A stretch of DNA of 64,000 bases from an uncultured Acidobacteriota bacterium (GTDB lineage Bacteria; Acidobacteriota; Terriglobia; Acidiferrales; UBA7541): positions 41,971 through 105,970 of the forward strand of contig CAVUDA010000012.1 in NCBI GenBank assembly GCA_963740035.1, read 5' to 3'. Under the pieces are notes generated by a model, which was not told where the DNA came from, made no database searches, and saw only the letters and a list, made by a program, of their open reading frames with translations. Within the stretch, counting starts at the first letter, position 1, and each line of letters begins with the position of its first letter. Positions 31,156 through 41,628 of this stretch are shown piece after piece. Made by a program: the position numbers and the translations under genes.

Positions 31156-32139
31156 TCAATCTCGCAATTTTTCCGCGATTTCCTGGGCAATTTTTTTTGC
31201 GCGCTCGACGTCGGTCGGGTCTAGCGAGATCGCGGCGACGCGCGGGTGGCCTCCGCCGCCGTATTGTTCCGCGAGGCTTGCCAGATTGTCTTCCGCGGCG
31301 TCGGGATTCCAGGGATTCGAGCCAATCGAAATTTTCGCGCGCGTCGGCGAAGCGAGCACGCTCACCGTGTAGCGCGCCGCCGGGTACAGCATGTAGGGAA
31401 TAAATTTGTTGTAGCCGTCGATGTCCAAGTCGCTGATATCGAAATAAATCACGCCGCCGCGGACTTCGATGCGCTGCCGCAGCAAGTCGATCGAATGACG
31501 GTGCTTTTCGAGCAGCGGGCCGAGGTGCTTGGCGACGATCGGCAGCTGGATCATTTCCGCGAGCGGGCGCACGGACAGATCCGGAATAATTTTGGCGACC
31601 AGGCCTTCTTCCGGCGCGGCCTCGATCACGAGGGCCAGTTGCGTCGCGGGCTCTGCAAGAGCCACGGCGGATTCCGGCGTCGGATATTGGGCGCCGTCGA
31701 TGATATCGCCCCAGTGAATCAGCTCGGCGAGCGGCTTCACGTCAAAGCCGAATTGCGCGCTGGTCACGTCGGCCAGCAGCTTGGTGCAGGATTTGTAATC
31801 GGGGTTATAGAACTTGTGTCCGCTACGGTCCTGCCGGAAGTGCTCGGCGTCGGCGGGAGTAAGGAACGCGCTCTGATGATGGTCGAACCACCAGGTCACA
31901 CGCGGCGAGCTCGAGTACTTGAAATCGACGATGGCGTTTTCATCGCCGTCGAACAAGGATTCCGGAAAAGGATGCCGCGCCTGGTGCGTCATCCCGGTGA
32001 AATGAAACTCCGCGCCCGGCCGGATACGCTCCCGAAAAAAGCGGTAGAAGACCGCCGACGATGCCGCGCCGTCGAAGCATCGGTCGTGAAAGCACAATCG
32101 AACTTTGACCGGGTCCGCCAATCTCCGCCCTCGCTCCAC
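31156..32139 (-). CDS. DHH/DHHA1-family phosphoesterase
   Basis: N-terminal HDRCFDGAASSAV (DHH-type metal site), FDHH, and C-terminal DHHA1 motif GGGGHPRVAA. Confidence 0.65.
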   Translation of the reverse strand: MERGRRLADPVKVRLCFHDRCFDGAASSAVFYRFFRERIRPGAEFHFTGMTHQARHPFPESLFDGDENAIVDFKYSSSPRVTWWFDHHQSAFLTPADAEHFRQDRSGHKFYNPDYKSCTKLLADVTSAQFGFDVKPLAELIHWGDIIDGAQYPTPESAVALAEPATQLALVIEAAPEEGLVAKIIPDLSVRPLAEMIQLPIVAKHLGPLLEKHRHSIDLLRQRIEVRGGVIYFDISDLDIDGYNKFIPYMLYPAARYTVSVLASPTRAKISIGSNPWNPDAAEDNLASLAEQYGGGGHPRVAAISLDPTDVERAKKIAQEIAEKLRD

Positions 32140-32353
32140 CCAATGCCAAACGTAAAAGCAGATGGAAAGCCCTAAAAGATGGACGGGACCGGCAAGAATG
32201 TCAAGATGAAAAGGAAGGTCTACAAACTGGGAAAAGGCAGAGTATCAGATTTGCGATGCAAATCGCCGTGGCCGTTGCTTAAAGATGAGCGGCAGCCGAC
32301 GCAGGGAACGCCCCTCGCAGTGCGTCAGCTGTCGCCACGGGCATGAAAAGGCT

Positions 32354-32824
32354 CTAGTTCCCGGAAAAACTTTTTGCGATGCCGGCCGCGATCGGGACCT
32401 CGAACTTCTCGTGCTGGTACGCTTTCACCATAAGCAAGATCCAGAGAACGAGCGCAACCAGACTGATCAGGCCGTACAGCATGGAGCCCAACCCGAAAGC
32501 GCCGAACCCGCCCATCATCATGAATCCCACGCGAAAGAAGAAAATCCCAACGACGATGTTCAGGATGTGTAGCCCGCCGAACACGACAATCGATTGCGCG
32601 GCGTGAAACCGCACAAACGGCCGCTTGTCGATCAGGAAAAAAATGATCCCCGTGACCCATCCAACCAGATAACACAAGAATCCGGCCACGTTTTCAGACA
32701 TCCCCGACTGCGCGCTTTGCTGCGTTTGCACTACCGCCGCGCCTGCTGATTGCGCCTCACCGCACTTGGGGCAGAACCCCGCGCCCGCCGCCACTTCAGT
32801 GCCGCACTTGCTGCAAAAGGCCAT
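32354..32824 (-). CDS. Zinc-ribbon plus DUF4870-like membrane protein
   Basis: N-terminal C-x2-C...C-x2-C ribbon (FCSKCG...FCPKCG), followed by TM helices with the FHAAQS motif. Confidence 0.65.
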   Translation of the reverse strand: MAFCSKCGTEVAAGAGFCPKCGEAQSAGAAVVQTQQSAQSGMSENVAGFLCYLVGWVTGIIFFLIDKRPFVRFHAAQSIVVFGGLHILNIVVGIFFFRVGFMMMGGFGAFGLGSMLYGLISLVALVLWILLMVKAYQHEKFEVPIAAGIAKSFSGN

Positions 32825-33041
32825 TGTGTTTCTCCCCTCTGGAAGTCGTTAAGGACAGAGCCCCGCACATCGCGCGAAGGCTATCATTGCTGACTTCTCC
32901 GCACAAGCACCCCTGTGTAAATCGGAAAGTTTGGCGCTGGATTGCGCCCCGTTGTAAACTACATGTGATTTTAGACGAATTCCCTCGCCTGGAGGGGCCC
33001 GTAGTACTGGCACCTGCCGCGAATCTCGATAGCGTGAACCG

Positions 33042-33464
33042 ATGGAGACCTTCCTCAACCTTCTCTGGCTTGCGATCACCGTGGCCGCCATTTGGCTGTG
33101 GCGATTTCGATGGATTGTGTCACGGCGAAATCCGCGGCACAGCGCCAGAATGGAAGCGGTTGCCATGGTCTGCGTCCTGGGGCTTCTCTTCCCGGTCATT
33201 TCCCTTACGGACGACCTCCACCCTGAAACCGTGGCTGTGGACGCGGCCTCAGGCAAACGAAACGCCTGCCTCCTCGTTGTCGGTAACGCGCATGCCCACA
33301 ATTCGAAAGCGCCTTTAAATCTCCATTCCTCCTTTGCGTTGCTTTCGGTTTCTGCAGCGAATGTCGAATTTGGTTTTGTAGGCCTAGTCCCATCCGCCCG
33401 TTTCCCAAGTCCATCTGTCTTGTACGCAGTGGACCGTGGACGGTCCCCGCCATCCCTCGATTGA
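33042..33464 (+). CDS. Hypothetical small membrane protein upstream of the RND pair
   Basis: Two hydrophobic helices at the N-terminus and no recognisable family. Codon usage is plausible but unproven. Confidence 0.3.
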   Translation: METFLNLLWLAITVAAIWLWRFRWIVSRRNPRHSARMEAVAMVCVLGLLFPVISLTDDLHPETVAVDAASGKRNACLLVVGNAHAHNSKAPLNLHSSFALLSVSAANVEFGFVGLVPSARFPSPSVLYAVDRGRSPPSLD

Positions 33465-33586
33465 CCGACAAAATTTCCCTCAAGCCGTCAACTGTTTTGC
33501 AGCCAGCGCGATGCCTCCAGGAATCCGTTCTTTGGACGATTTGCGCCGCCTGATTCAACCGCATCGGTATTCCGAGGGAGCGCACA

Positions 33587-34705
33587 ATGATGAACAGTGA
33601 CAAGTTTTGGCTTCCTTTGGTCGCGATTCTGGCCGTCGGGGGGTGCGGTGATTCCGACGCCCAGAAGGCGGCAAATCCACCTCCCAATCCGCAAGGAACG
33701 CCCGAAGTTTACCTGGCGACGGATGCGAAGGGCATTCAGACGATTACGATCCAGCCCCGCCCGATTCCGGACTATTTGGAAATACCTGGGCGCGTGACGC
33801 CGGACCCGACTCGTGTGGTGCACGTTTTTCCCGCCACCACCGGACGCGTCACCGAAATGCGCGTTCGCCCCTGGGACCGCGTCGTGAAGGGCCAGACTCT
33901 CGCAATTCTGGAGAGCAGCGATGCTTCCCGCGCACTAACGGATTACGAAAAAGCTCGCACGGATGCGGACCTTAAAAAGAAAGCGCTCGAGCGGTCCAAG
34001 GACTTGTACGCGCATCACGCCATCGCCGAGAAAGATTTGCAACAGGCCGAAGCCGACGCGGGGTCCGCGGATGCGGAGCTGAAGACCACGCTCGATCATT
34101 TACACCTGCTAGGCGTCGACCCTGCGGGAGCCGCCAATCAATTGAGCGTTCTCGCGCCTCGCTCCGGCGTTGTGCTGGATGTGGGCGCAGCCACGGGAGA
34201 ACTTTCGAAGTCGCTCGACGCGCCCCAGCCCCTCTGCACCATTGCCGACCTCGACACGATCTGGGTGGAAGGCGAGATCTTTGAGAAGGACCTGAATGGA
34301 CTCCGAACCGGTGCTGCCGCCCAGATTACGCTCAGCGCATATCCCACCGAAAAATGGACCGGGCGCGTGGCGGTCGTCGGTGATGCAGTAGACCCGACGA
34401 CGCGCACGCTCAAAGTGCGCGTCGAAATTGCCAATCCTCAACTTCGATTGAAGCCCGATATGTTTGCCACTGTCCGGCTGCTGCGTTCCTCATCCCAGGG
34501 ATTGCTGATCCCGGCTACTTCGGTTGACCGGGAAGGCCAAAAAGCATACGTGTTCATCGGAACGGGCAATAACCGGTTCGAGCGCCGCGAGGTGGCGCTG
34601 GGCCGGGCCGTTGACGACAACGTGGAAGTCGTTTCCGGACTCACTGCCGGCGCCGTCATCGTTTCCGAGGGCAGCGTACTCTTGCGCGCGGCGACGCAGA
34701 ACTGA
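33587..34705 (+). CDS. RND efflux periplasmic adaptor (CzcB/HlyD family)
   Basis: Lipoprotein-like signal (LVAILAVGGCGDS), a biotinyl-lipoyl-like hairpin (RVTEMRVRPWDRVVKGQTLAILES), a coiled coil, and a beta-barrel C-terminus. Confidence 0.85.
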   Translation: MMNSDKFWLPLVAILAVGGCGDSDAQKAANPPPNPQGTPEVYLATDAKGIQTITIQPRPIPDYLEIPGRVTPDPTRVVHVFPATTGRVTEMRVRPWDRVVKGQTLAILESSDASRALTDYEKARTDADLKKKALERSKDLYAHHAIAEKDLQQAEADAGSADAELKTTLDHLHLLGVDPAGAANQLSVLAPRSGVVLDVGAATGELSKSLDAPQPLCTIADLDTIWVEGEIFEKDLNGLRTGAAAQITLSAYPTEKWTGRVAVVGDAVDPTTRTLKVRVEIANPQLRLKPDMFATVRLLRSSSQGLLIPATSVDREGQKAYVFIGTGNNRFERREVALGRAVDDNVEVVSGLTAGAVIVSEGSVLLRAATQN

Positions 34706-34711
34706 ACCGCT

Positions 34712-37700
34712 ATGCGAAACATTGTCCTTTCTCTATTGCGCTATCGGCCGTTGATGATCCTCTTGCTATTGGCATGGATCGCCGGCGGCATGTATATGTT
34801 TTCTCGCCTGGACATTGAGGCCTACCCTGATCCTTCACCGCCCCTCGTGGAAGTCATTACCCAAAATCCTTCGTGGTCGGCCGAAGAGATGGAACGCCAG
34901 GTGACGGTGCCGACGGAAACAGGACTCTTCGGAATTCCACACCTGCAATACACGCGCTCGGTCAGCATTTTTGGATTGAGCGACGTCAAGCTCTACTTCG
35001 ATTACGACAGTGATTACTTTTGGGACCGGCAAGAAGTTTTGAACCGCATGCAATTGATTACGCTGCCTGCGGGACTTTCTCCGCAACTTTCCCCATGGTC
35101 GCCGATCGGGGAAATTTACCGCTACCGGCTGACGGGCGCCAACTATTCCCTGAATGAATTGAAGGCCACGCAGGACTGGATGGTCCGCCGCGAGATGAAG
35201 CAGGTTCCGGACATCATCGACGTCACGACGTTCGGGGGCATCGACAAAACAGTATCAAGCCGAGGTGGATCCGAGGAAACTCCTGCAGTTTAAGGTGACA
35301 CTGCCACAGGTGATTGCCGCCATTTCGGCGAGCAATGCAAACGCGGGCGGAAACTATCTCACGATGGGAAGTCAGAGCGTCAATGTGCGTGGACTTGGCT
35401 TGCTCGCCTCAATCGATGAGATGAAAAATGTGGTCATCACCGAGCGCAACGGCGTGCCCGTTTTTCTGCGCGACGTTGCCGAAGTTCATGAAGGTTTTCA
35501 GCCCCGCCTCGGGCAGGTGGGGATCAACCATGACAGCGACGCGATCGAAGGCATCGTGCTTTTGCAGCGAGGCGAGCAGTCCCTGCCGGCGCTGGAAGCC
35601 CTGCGGGCAAAAGTGACAGCGCTGAATCACGACGGGCTGTTGCCGCGCGGGATGCAGATCCAAACGCTGTATGACCGCACCAACCTGGTACAGTTGACGA
35701 CCTCGACCGTCCGGCGCGTCGTCCTTACGGGTCTCGCCCTGGTTCTGCTGTTGTTGCTTGCCTTTCTGGGCGAACTTCGCATCTCGCTCATCGCGGCGCT
35801 CACGATCCCGTGTTCCCTGCTGTTCGCGTTTTCGCTGATGGTCCTCACCGGAAGATCCGCCAACCTGATTTCGCTCGGAGCCGTGGATTTCGGCATTCTC
35901 GTGGACGCCGCCGTCATCGTCCTCGAAAATATTTACCGGCAGCTGCGCGCGGCGAAACCTCCGGACTCGGAATTTGAAACGATTGCGAACGCAACGAGCG
36001 AAGCGGTCCGGCCGGTGCTGTTTTCCGTGCTGGTCATTATCGTTGCGTTGATCCCCTTATTTACGATGGAGGGCGTCCCGGGAAGGATCTTCGGGCCCAT
36101 GTCCGTCACGTACGGATTCGCCCTGAGTGGCGCAACGCTCTTTGCGATTTTCCTCGCGCCGGTCTTGAGCTCCTTCCGCAGACCGGACAGCGGGGCCAAG
36201 AGTGACACGCCACTTGTGCGCTGGCTCAAACGTCACTATGACAAATCCCTGAAGTGGGCGCTGGCGCACAGGCCTGCCGTGATTGTCATCGCGGCGATTC
36301 TTTTGGCGGTGGCGCTGTCGTTGCTCCCTTTCTTGGGTGGAGAATTTATGCCCAAGCTTGAGGAAGGCAATCTGTGGATTCGCGCTACGCTGCCGCAAGA
36401 CATCTCGATTGAAACCTCCCGCCAGATCTCCAATGAGATTCGGGAGATCCTCCTCAAGTATCCAGAGGTCACGCAGGTCGTTTCGCAGACGGGCCGGCCG
36501 GACGACGGGACGGATGTGACGACTTTCAACAATATTGAATTCATGGTGTCGCTGAAATCCCCTGAATTCTGGCCCGGGAAGATCAAAAAGGATGAGCTCA
36601 TCAAACAAATAGACGCTGAGTTGTCCAAGTATCCGGGGATTAATTTTAATTTTTCCCAAAATATTCAGGACAACGTGGAAGAGGCCATGTCGGGCGTGAA
36701 AGGTGAAAATTCCTTGAAGCTCTTCGGCGACGATATCGACGTTCTGGTCTCCAAGGCGGCGCAAATTCGCGACCTCATGGCCCGCGTACCGGGAATTGAA
36801 GACTCGGGCGTGCTCCAGGAAACCGGGCAGCCGGAATTGCTGGTTTCCATAGACCGAAACGCGAGCGCTCGCTACGGATTGATGGCCGCGGATGTGGATG
36901 CCGCCGTGCAGGCTGCGATGGGCGGATTAGCGGCGACGCAAATCCTGGAACAGGATCGCCGGTTCGACTTTATTGTCCGCTATCCGCCGCAATTCCGGCA
37001 GACCCCCGACGCGATTAAAGACATTCAACTGCCAACACCGGATGGCGGACGCGTGCCATTGGGCCAGGTTGCAAAGATCACGCTGCATGAAGGCGCGTTC
37101 ATGATTTACCGCGAGAATGGGCGTCGCTACATTCCCGTCAAATTCAGCGTGAGAGGCCGCGATCTCGCAGGAACGATGAACGACGTCCAGCAACGTCTTC
37201 TGCAGTCAGTGCGGCTCCCCGAGGGATACCACTACGAATGGGCGGGAGAGTATGACAGCCTGAAAAAGGAGCAGCGCAGGCTGGCCATTGTTGTGCCTGT
37301 CAGTTTGCTCATCATCGTCGCGCTGCTGTTTACCGCATTCAATTCGCTTCGTGACGCGATTCTTGTTCTGACGGTTTTGCCTTTTGGAATCGTCGGAGGA
37401 CTCGCCTCTCTATTTTTTACCGGCACTCCATTCAGCATTTCGGCGGCCGTAGGAATGGCGTCCGTCGTAGGAGTCTGCACTCTTGGAGGCGTAGTGATGT
37501 TGTCCGGAATGCGCAGAGCGGAGAAAAATTCGGAGGAGGCGCGGATGGGGATTGAGCGCGGCGCCCTGGCCGAAATGCGCCCTGTCATGATGGCTTGCGC
37601 CGCCGCGGGACTCGGCTTGCTTCCCGGCGCGGTTTCCACGGGCATCGGTGTGCAAGCGCAGCAGCCCCTGGCGCGTGTAGTCGTCGGCGGCATGATTACT

Positions 37701-37778
37701 TCCCCGCTCGCAATCCTTTTCCTGTTGCCAATCCTGGCAAGCTTCTTCCAAAAGCCAAGGGATGACCGCCGCTCATAA
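34712..37778 (+). pseudogene. CzcA/CusA-family heavy-metal RND transporter, frame broken once
   Basis: 34712-35293 encodes the N-terminus up to TFGGIDK. The next frame continues QYQAEVDPRKLLQFKVTLPQV... to 37778. The break is in the a-run at 35246-35249 (gacaaaacag); removing one a restores GGIDKQYQAEVDPRKL. Confidence 0.85.
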
Positions 37779-37828
37779 CAGGTGCTGGATCATAGCGGCG
37801 AGGTCCGAGTGTTATACTGTGGCGCAAC

Positions 37829-37912
37829 GCGGAAGTGGCGGAATTGGCAGACGCGCCAGCCTTAGGAGCTGGTGGCCGAAAGGCCGTAGGGGTTCGAGTC
37901 CCTTCTTCCGCA
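37829..37912 (+). tRNA. tRNA-Leu (anticodon TAG), long variable arm, CCA not encoded
   Basis: Acceptor gcggaag/cttccgc, anticodon arm ccagc-ctTAGga-gctgg, variable arm tggccgaaaggccgt, T-arm agggg-ttcgagt-ccctt. The discriminator a is followed by gac. Confidence 0.9.
37891..37912 (+). repeat. Direct repeat, left copy (attL-like; T-arm and acceptor 3' strand of tRNA-Leu)
   Basis: 22/22 identity with 59298-59319, in the same orientation. Confidence 0.85.
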
Positions 37913-37923
37913 GACCTATTTTT

Positions 37924-37950
37924 GAAAAGCCAACGATTCGTGGGCTTTTC
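37924..37950 (+). terminator. Hairpin/terminator after tRNA-Leu
   Basis: gaaaagcc - 11-nt loop - ggcttttc, followed by tgcgtttt. Confidence 0.4.
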
Positions 37951-38425
37951 TGCGTTTTACAAGGCTTTTTGCATGATTTTTAGTCACCGAAACTGTCAGG
38001 CAGTATCAAGCACTATCACAAAAAAGAGTGATTTTGGGCGGCTATTGGGCTAACTGGAAACAGTAAAGAACAGGTTCGGAGGTGGGACTCCGAACGCTTG
38101 ACGAGGCTGTAGCGAGCCTCTGTCAAGTCTTCACTTATGACGTACTCAGGGGCTATTCTCGAACCGCCCTACCGCATCGCAATTATGGATACGGCGCAAG
38201 AAGTCGGCCCAATAGAATCTACCCATGTCCGTCTTGGCCAGGGTGGCGCAGCGTGTTGAACTTCTGTAATCAGACCTCGAACACTACCTTGAGCCATCGC
38301 ATGCTTTTGTTTGGATGTCTTAAGCTATATCGGTATCTTTCCCAGTACCAGCGGTGCTTATAGCAAATCCAAATTCACCCTTGCCCTCAGCAGCCGCCTT
38401 ATTTCTGAGACATAGCGTTTAGACT

Positions 38426-38441
38426 TGTGATGCAGATCACG
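38426..38441. promoter_or_regulatory. CRP-type palindrome tGTGAtgcagaTCACg upstream of the DUF3300/DUF2950 genes
   Basis: Perfect GTGA-N6-TCAC core, about 270 nt upstream of ATG 38711, in non-coding DNA. Confidence 0.5.
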
Positions 38442-38710
38442 GAATTGCGGTCAAAACACCAGCAATCTCAAGTTGGCAATGGGAGCCTTGGGAGCAAGTA
38501 ATTTAAGTGCATTACTGCCAAGGACAATGTAACTGCATGCGATGAGAGAAGGGCCAGATGTCACTATTTTTCCGCTTTACCCCGTCATCGGGCTGTAGAG
38601 ATTCGGCCTGGTGATCGAAACTGCGAGCGGGAACCAACTTGAAATGTGTCCCACTCATCTACTGCAATGGAAGGCTTCGAGCGATGAAGGTGCGGAGGAG
38701 GTTCAATTCC

Positions 38711-39904
38711 ATGAAGATTTTCGGACGTGTCGTCAGTTGCTCAAAGCCTGGATTGGGCAGGCAAGCTTTGGTCACCCTGATGTCCCTGGCCCTATTGTTC
38801 GCCACATGGCCCCAGAATCTGTCGGCCTATCAAGACACTCAAGCTCCGGCGCAGACGACGCCCGCGCCTCCCTACACGCAGCAGACCCCGGAGCAATTGC
38901 AGCAGCTGGTAGCGCCAATTGCGCTGTATCCGGACTCGCTGGTGGCGCAAATTTTGGCAGCGTCCACCTTTCCCGAGCAAGTCGTCCAGGCAGACCGATG
39001 GGTGCAGGATCATCCTGATCTGAAGGGTGAAGCACTGGGTCAGGCCGTGGACCAACAACCTTGGGACCCAAGCGTCAAGGCGCTCACTGCATTTCCATCC
39101 GTCCTCGGAAATATGGACAAGAACCTGTCCTGGACGTCGTCTCTCGGCGACGCTTACTACAACCAGCAGCAGGCTGTGATGGATGCAGTGCAGGTGATGC
39201 GCCAGAAGGCGCAGCAGGCCGGCACCCTGCAGTCAACGCCGCAGCAATCTGTGACCTCGCAAGGCTCGACGGTCGTCATTCAGCCTGCTGCCCCCGATGT
39301 CGTTTATGTTCCTGCCTATGATCCTTGGCTGGTCTACGGGTATCCCATCGCACCGTGGCCGGGGTGGTACCCCTATCCCGGAATTTGGTATGGAGGTCCT
39401 TACCTTTCATTTGGAATCGGCTTTGGAATTGGCTTCTTCGGTGGTTTTGGATGGAGTTGGCCTTATTGGGGATTCGATTGGCACAACCGGTACCCAATCT
39501 TTAACCACAACAGGTACTACTCGCGGAGCACCACGTTTTACAATCGAAACTATTATTACCGGGGAGGAGGCGCACGCGGCGGATTTGTAGCCCGCCCGAG
39601 TCCCGGGAGCAGGCCTCCCGCCGGAAGCTTTGGCGGGCGCGGTGGGGTTTACAACCGTCCCGGCGGAACGACCAGGCCTTTCGAGGGAAACAACCAGGCT
39701 GCACGAGGATACGCGGAACCTCGCGGTCAGAGTGGAACCCACTCGGGTGCTTTCAGCGGCTACGGCCAGGGCGGACAGGCAAGGAGCTATTCGTCACGCG
39801 GAAGCGGGAGCATCGGCGGCGGGGCAACGCGCGGCGGAGGCGGTGGAGCGTCTCGCGGTGGCGGTGGCGGAGCACCTCACGGTGGCGGTGGCGGGCATCG
39901 GTAA
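38711..39904 (+). CDS. DUF3300-family secreted protein with Gly/Arg/aromatic low-complexity tail
   Basis: QLQQLVAPIALYPDSLVAQILAASTFPEQVVQADRWV...WDPSVKALTAFPSVL is the DUF3300 core. The C-terminal 170 aa or so are W/Y/G/F-rich, then RGG/GGGGG-rich. Confidence 0.8.
   Translation: MKIFGRVVSCSKPGLGRQALVTLMSLALLFATWPQNLSAYQDTQAPAQTTPAPPYTQQTPEQLQQLVAPIALYPDSLVAQILAASTFPEQVVQADRWVQDHPDLKGEALGQAVDQQPWDPSVKALTAFPSVLGNMDKNLSWTSSLGDAYYNQQQAVMDAVQVMRQKAQQAGTLQSTPQQSVTSQGSTVVIQPAAPDVVYVPAYDPWLVYGYPIAPWPGWYPYPGIWYGGPYLSFGIGFGIGFFGGFGWSWPYWGFDWHNRYPIFNHNRYYSRSTTFYNRNYYYRGGGARGGFVARPSPGSRPPAGSFGGRGGVYNRPGGTTRPFEGNNQAARGYAEPRGQSGTHSGAFSGYGQGGQARSYSSRGSGSIGGGATRGGGGGASRGGGGGAPHGGGGGHR
39827..39898 (+). repeat. 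3 x 24-nt imperfect tandem repeat encoding (T/S/P)(R/H)GGGGG(A/H)
   Basis: acgcgcggcggaggcggtggagcg / tctcgcggtggcggtggcggagca / cctcacggtggcggtggcgggcat at the 3' end of the DUF3300 gene. Confidence 0.7.
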
Positions 39905-39979
39905 TCGAGGTCTCGTAGGGGTGCGGGCTTTACTTGGAGATGGTTCGTATAACTTCCTTGCAGATCGTGACATTTAGAA

Positions 39980-40975
39980 ATGGAGAAAAGCCATATGCGG
40001 CGAATGAACCTGAATTCCCACAAATTTCATTTGGCCCGATTTTCCAAAATAGCCGCCATTGCCGTGCTTTTGACGGGATGCTTGCCCACCCGTTCGCTGG
40101 CGCAAGAACAGGGCCAGAAGACATTTTCATCGGCGGAGGACGCGAGCAACGCCCTCGTCACGGCGGCGCAGAATAACGACGAACAGGCGCTGCTCGATAT
40201 CCTCGGACCAGTTGAAAAGCGAGTCGTTTCGTCGGGAGACGAAACTGAGGACGCCCAAAGCCGCGCTAATTTTGTGCAGAAATATCAGGAAATGCACCGT
40301 CTGGTGAAAGAACCGGACGGGACCACCACGTTATATATCGGCGCGGAGAATTGGCCCACTCCCATTCCGCTCGTGAACAAAGGCAATTCGTGGTATTTCG
40401 ACACCGACGCGGCCGAGAAAGAAATCTTGTTCCGGCGGATTGGCCGGAATGAAATATCGACCATTCGCGTCTGTCAGGAGCTCGCGGCGGCGGAAAAGGA
40501 ATACTACTCCACACACCACAACGAGTACGCTCAGAAGATTTTCAGCGATCAAGGACAGCGCAATGGCCTGTATTGGAAGGCGGCGAATGGCGAACCTCAC
40601 AGCCCGATCGGGCCGCTCGTGGCAGCAGCCGATGCTGAAGGCTATGGCAGAAGCCGAAACGACGCACCGACTCCTTACCGCGGCTACTTTTACCACATCC
40701 TGACCAGTCAGGCGGGCAATGCACCCAGCGGCGCCAAAAGTTACATCGTAAACGGCAAGATGACTGAGGGTTTCGCTTTCGTGGCCTATCCGGCGGAATA
40801 CAGATCCTCCGGCGTAATGACATTCCTCGTCAACGAAAAAGGGGCAGTGTACCAGAAGGATCTGGGCAAGCAGACCGCTGCTCTCGCCAAGGCCATGAAG
40901 GAATACAACCCCGATTCCAGCTGGCAAAAAGCCGAAGATGAGCAGGTGACCGCCGGCACGCAAAAGACCAAGTAA
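39980..40975 (+). CDS. DUF2950-family secreted protein
   Basis: Signal/lipobox (LLTGC), then FSSAEDASNALVTAAQNND..ALLDILGP, YIGAENWPTPIPLV, GYFYHILTSQ, GFAFVAYPAEYRSSGVMTFLVN. This family is a usual partner of DUF3300. Confidence 0.8.
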   Translation: MEKSHMRRMNLNSHKFHLARFSKIAAIAVLLTGCLPTRSLAQEQGQKTFSSAEDASNALVTAAQNNDEQALLDILGPVEKRVVSSGDETEDAQSRANFVQKYQEMHRLVKEPDGTTTLYIGAENWPTPIPLVNKGNSWYFDTDAAEKEILFRRIGRNEISTIRVCQELAAAEKEYYSTHHNEYAQKIFSDQGQRNGLYWKAANGEPHSPIGPLVAAADAEGYGRSRNDAPTPYRGYFYHILTSQAGNAPSGAKSYIVNGKMTEGFAFVAYPAEYRSSGVMTFLVNEKGAVYQKDLGKQTAALAKAMKEYNPDSSWQKAEDEQVTAGTQKTK

Positions 40976-41107
40976 AGAAGATCATGTCGCTGCTTTACTT
41001 CGTCAAGACCTCATCCGCGTCCATTGACGAAACCCACAGAGAAGTTCCTGAGCCAGGATAGAGCCGAAAGTCATTAACCGAGTACTGTTGTGCGGCGTGT
41101 CGGGCGA

Positions 41108-41530
41108 TTACTTTTCCTGCAGAGCAGCCAGAAAATCGCAGAGGTTCCGGATGCGCTGCTGTGCGGATTTTTGATTGTAGTAGTATTCAAAAAGGGGCCC
41201 CCACATGGGCATATCGCCCGATCCGTGAGACGGAACACCGGGAGCAAATTGAAGAACTCCGGCGACATAGGCGTATGGAAACTTGCCGCCGTGACGCTTG
41301 GCCAGTGTCGTAAGATCCGGCGCGGGTTTCCTAAGCGCCTTTTTCACAGGGCCGTTACCCTTCGCATTAGCTCCATGACATGCGGCGCAATACTGTGTGT
41401 AGATCGCCGCGCCGGACGGGACATAGTCCGCCGGAAGTTGATTTTGATCCTGGGCTCGGGTCGCTCTGGTACCCGCGGCGCAGAGGACCAAGAGCATGGC
41501 AGCAAGCGGAAATATTCTGTGCGGAGCCAT
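41108..41530 (-). CDS. Class-I c-type cytochrome (paralog A)
   Basis: Signal peptide, CAACH haem motif, PDLTTLAKRHGGKFPYAYV, and MPMWG (Met ligand region). Confidence 0.85.
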   Translation of the reverse strand: MAPHRIFPLAAMLLVLCAAGTRATRAQDQNQLPADYVPSGAAIYTQYCAACHGANAKGNGPVKKALRKPAPDLTTLAKRHGGKFPYAYVAGVLQFAPGVPSHGSGDMPMWGPLFEYYYNQKSAQQRIRNLCDFLAALQEK

Positions 41531-41628
41531 TATTCCTCCAAGTTTCCATTCTGGTTTTCGCGGGAGCGCACTGTTTTTCCTCGTGGCGCGATCAATTGCC
41601 GGCAGGTTTTTTCCTTAAGTGCATTGTG

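Noticed and set aside
32247-32263. 7-bp inverted repeat gatttgc-gat-gcaaatc between the DUF4870 and DHH genes, considered as a terminator or operator.
   Set aside because: The stem is short, no U-run follows on the relevant strand, and there are no recurrences. The evidence is insufficient.
37951-38640. Integrase or excisionase remnant directly downstream of tRNA-Leu.
   Set aside because: I translated both strands by eye. Only short, frame-broken peptides appear (for example KAAAEGKGEFGFAISTAGTGKDTDIA, LAKTDMGRFYWADFLRRIH), with no R...HxxR...Y recombinase motifs. No call can be supported without a profile search.
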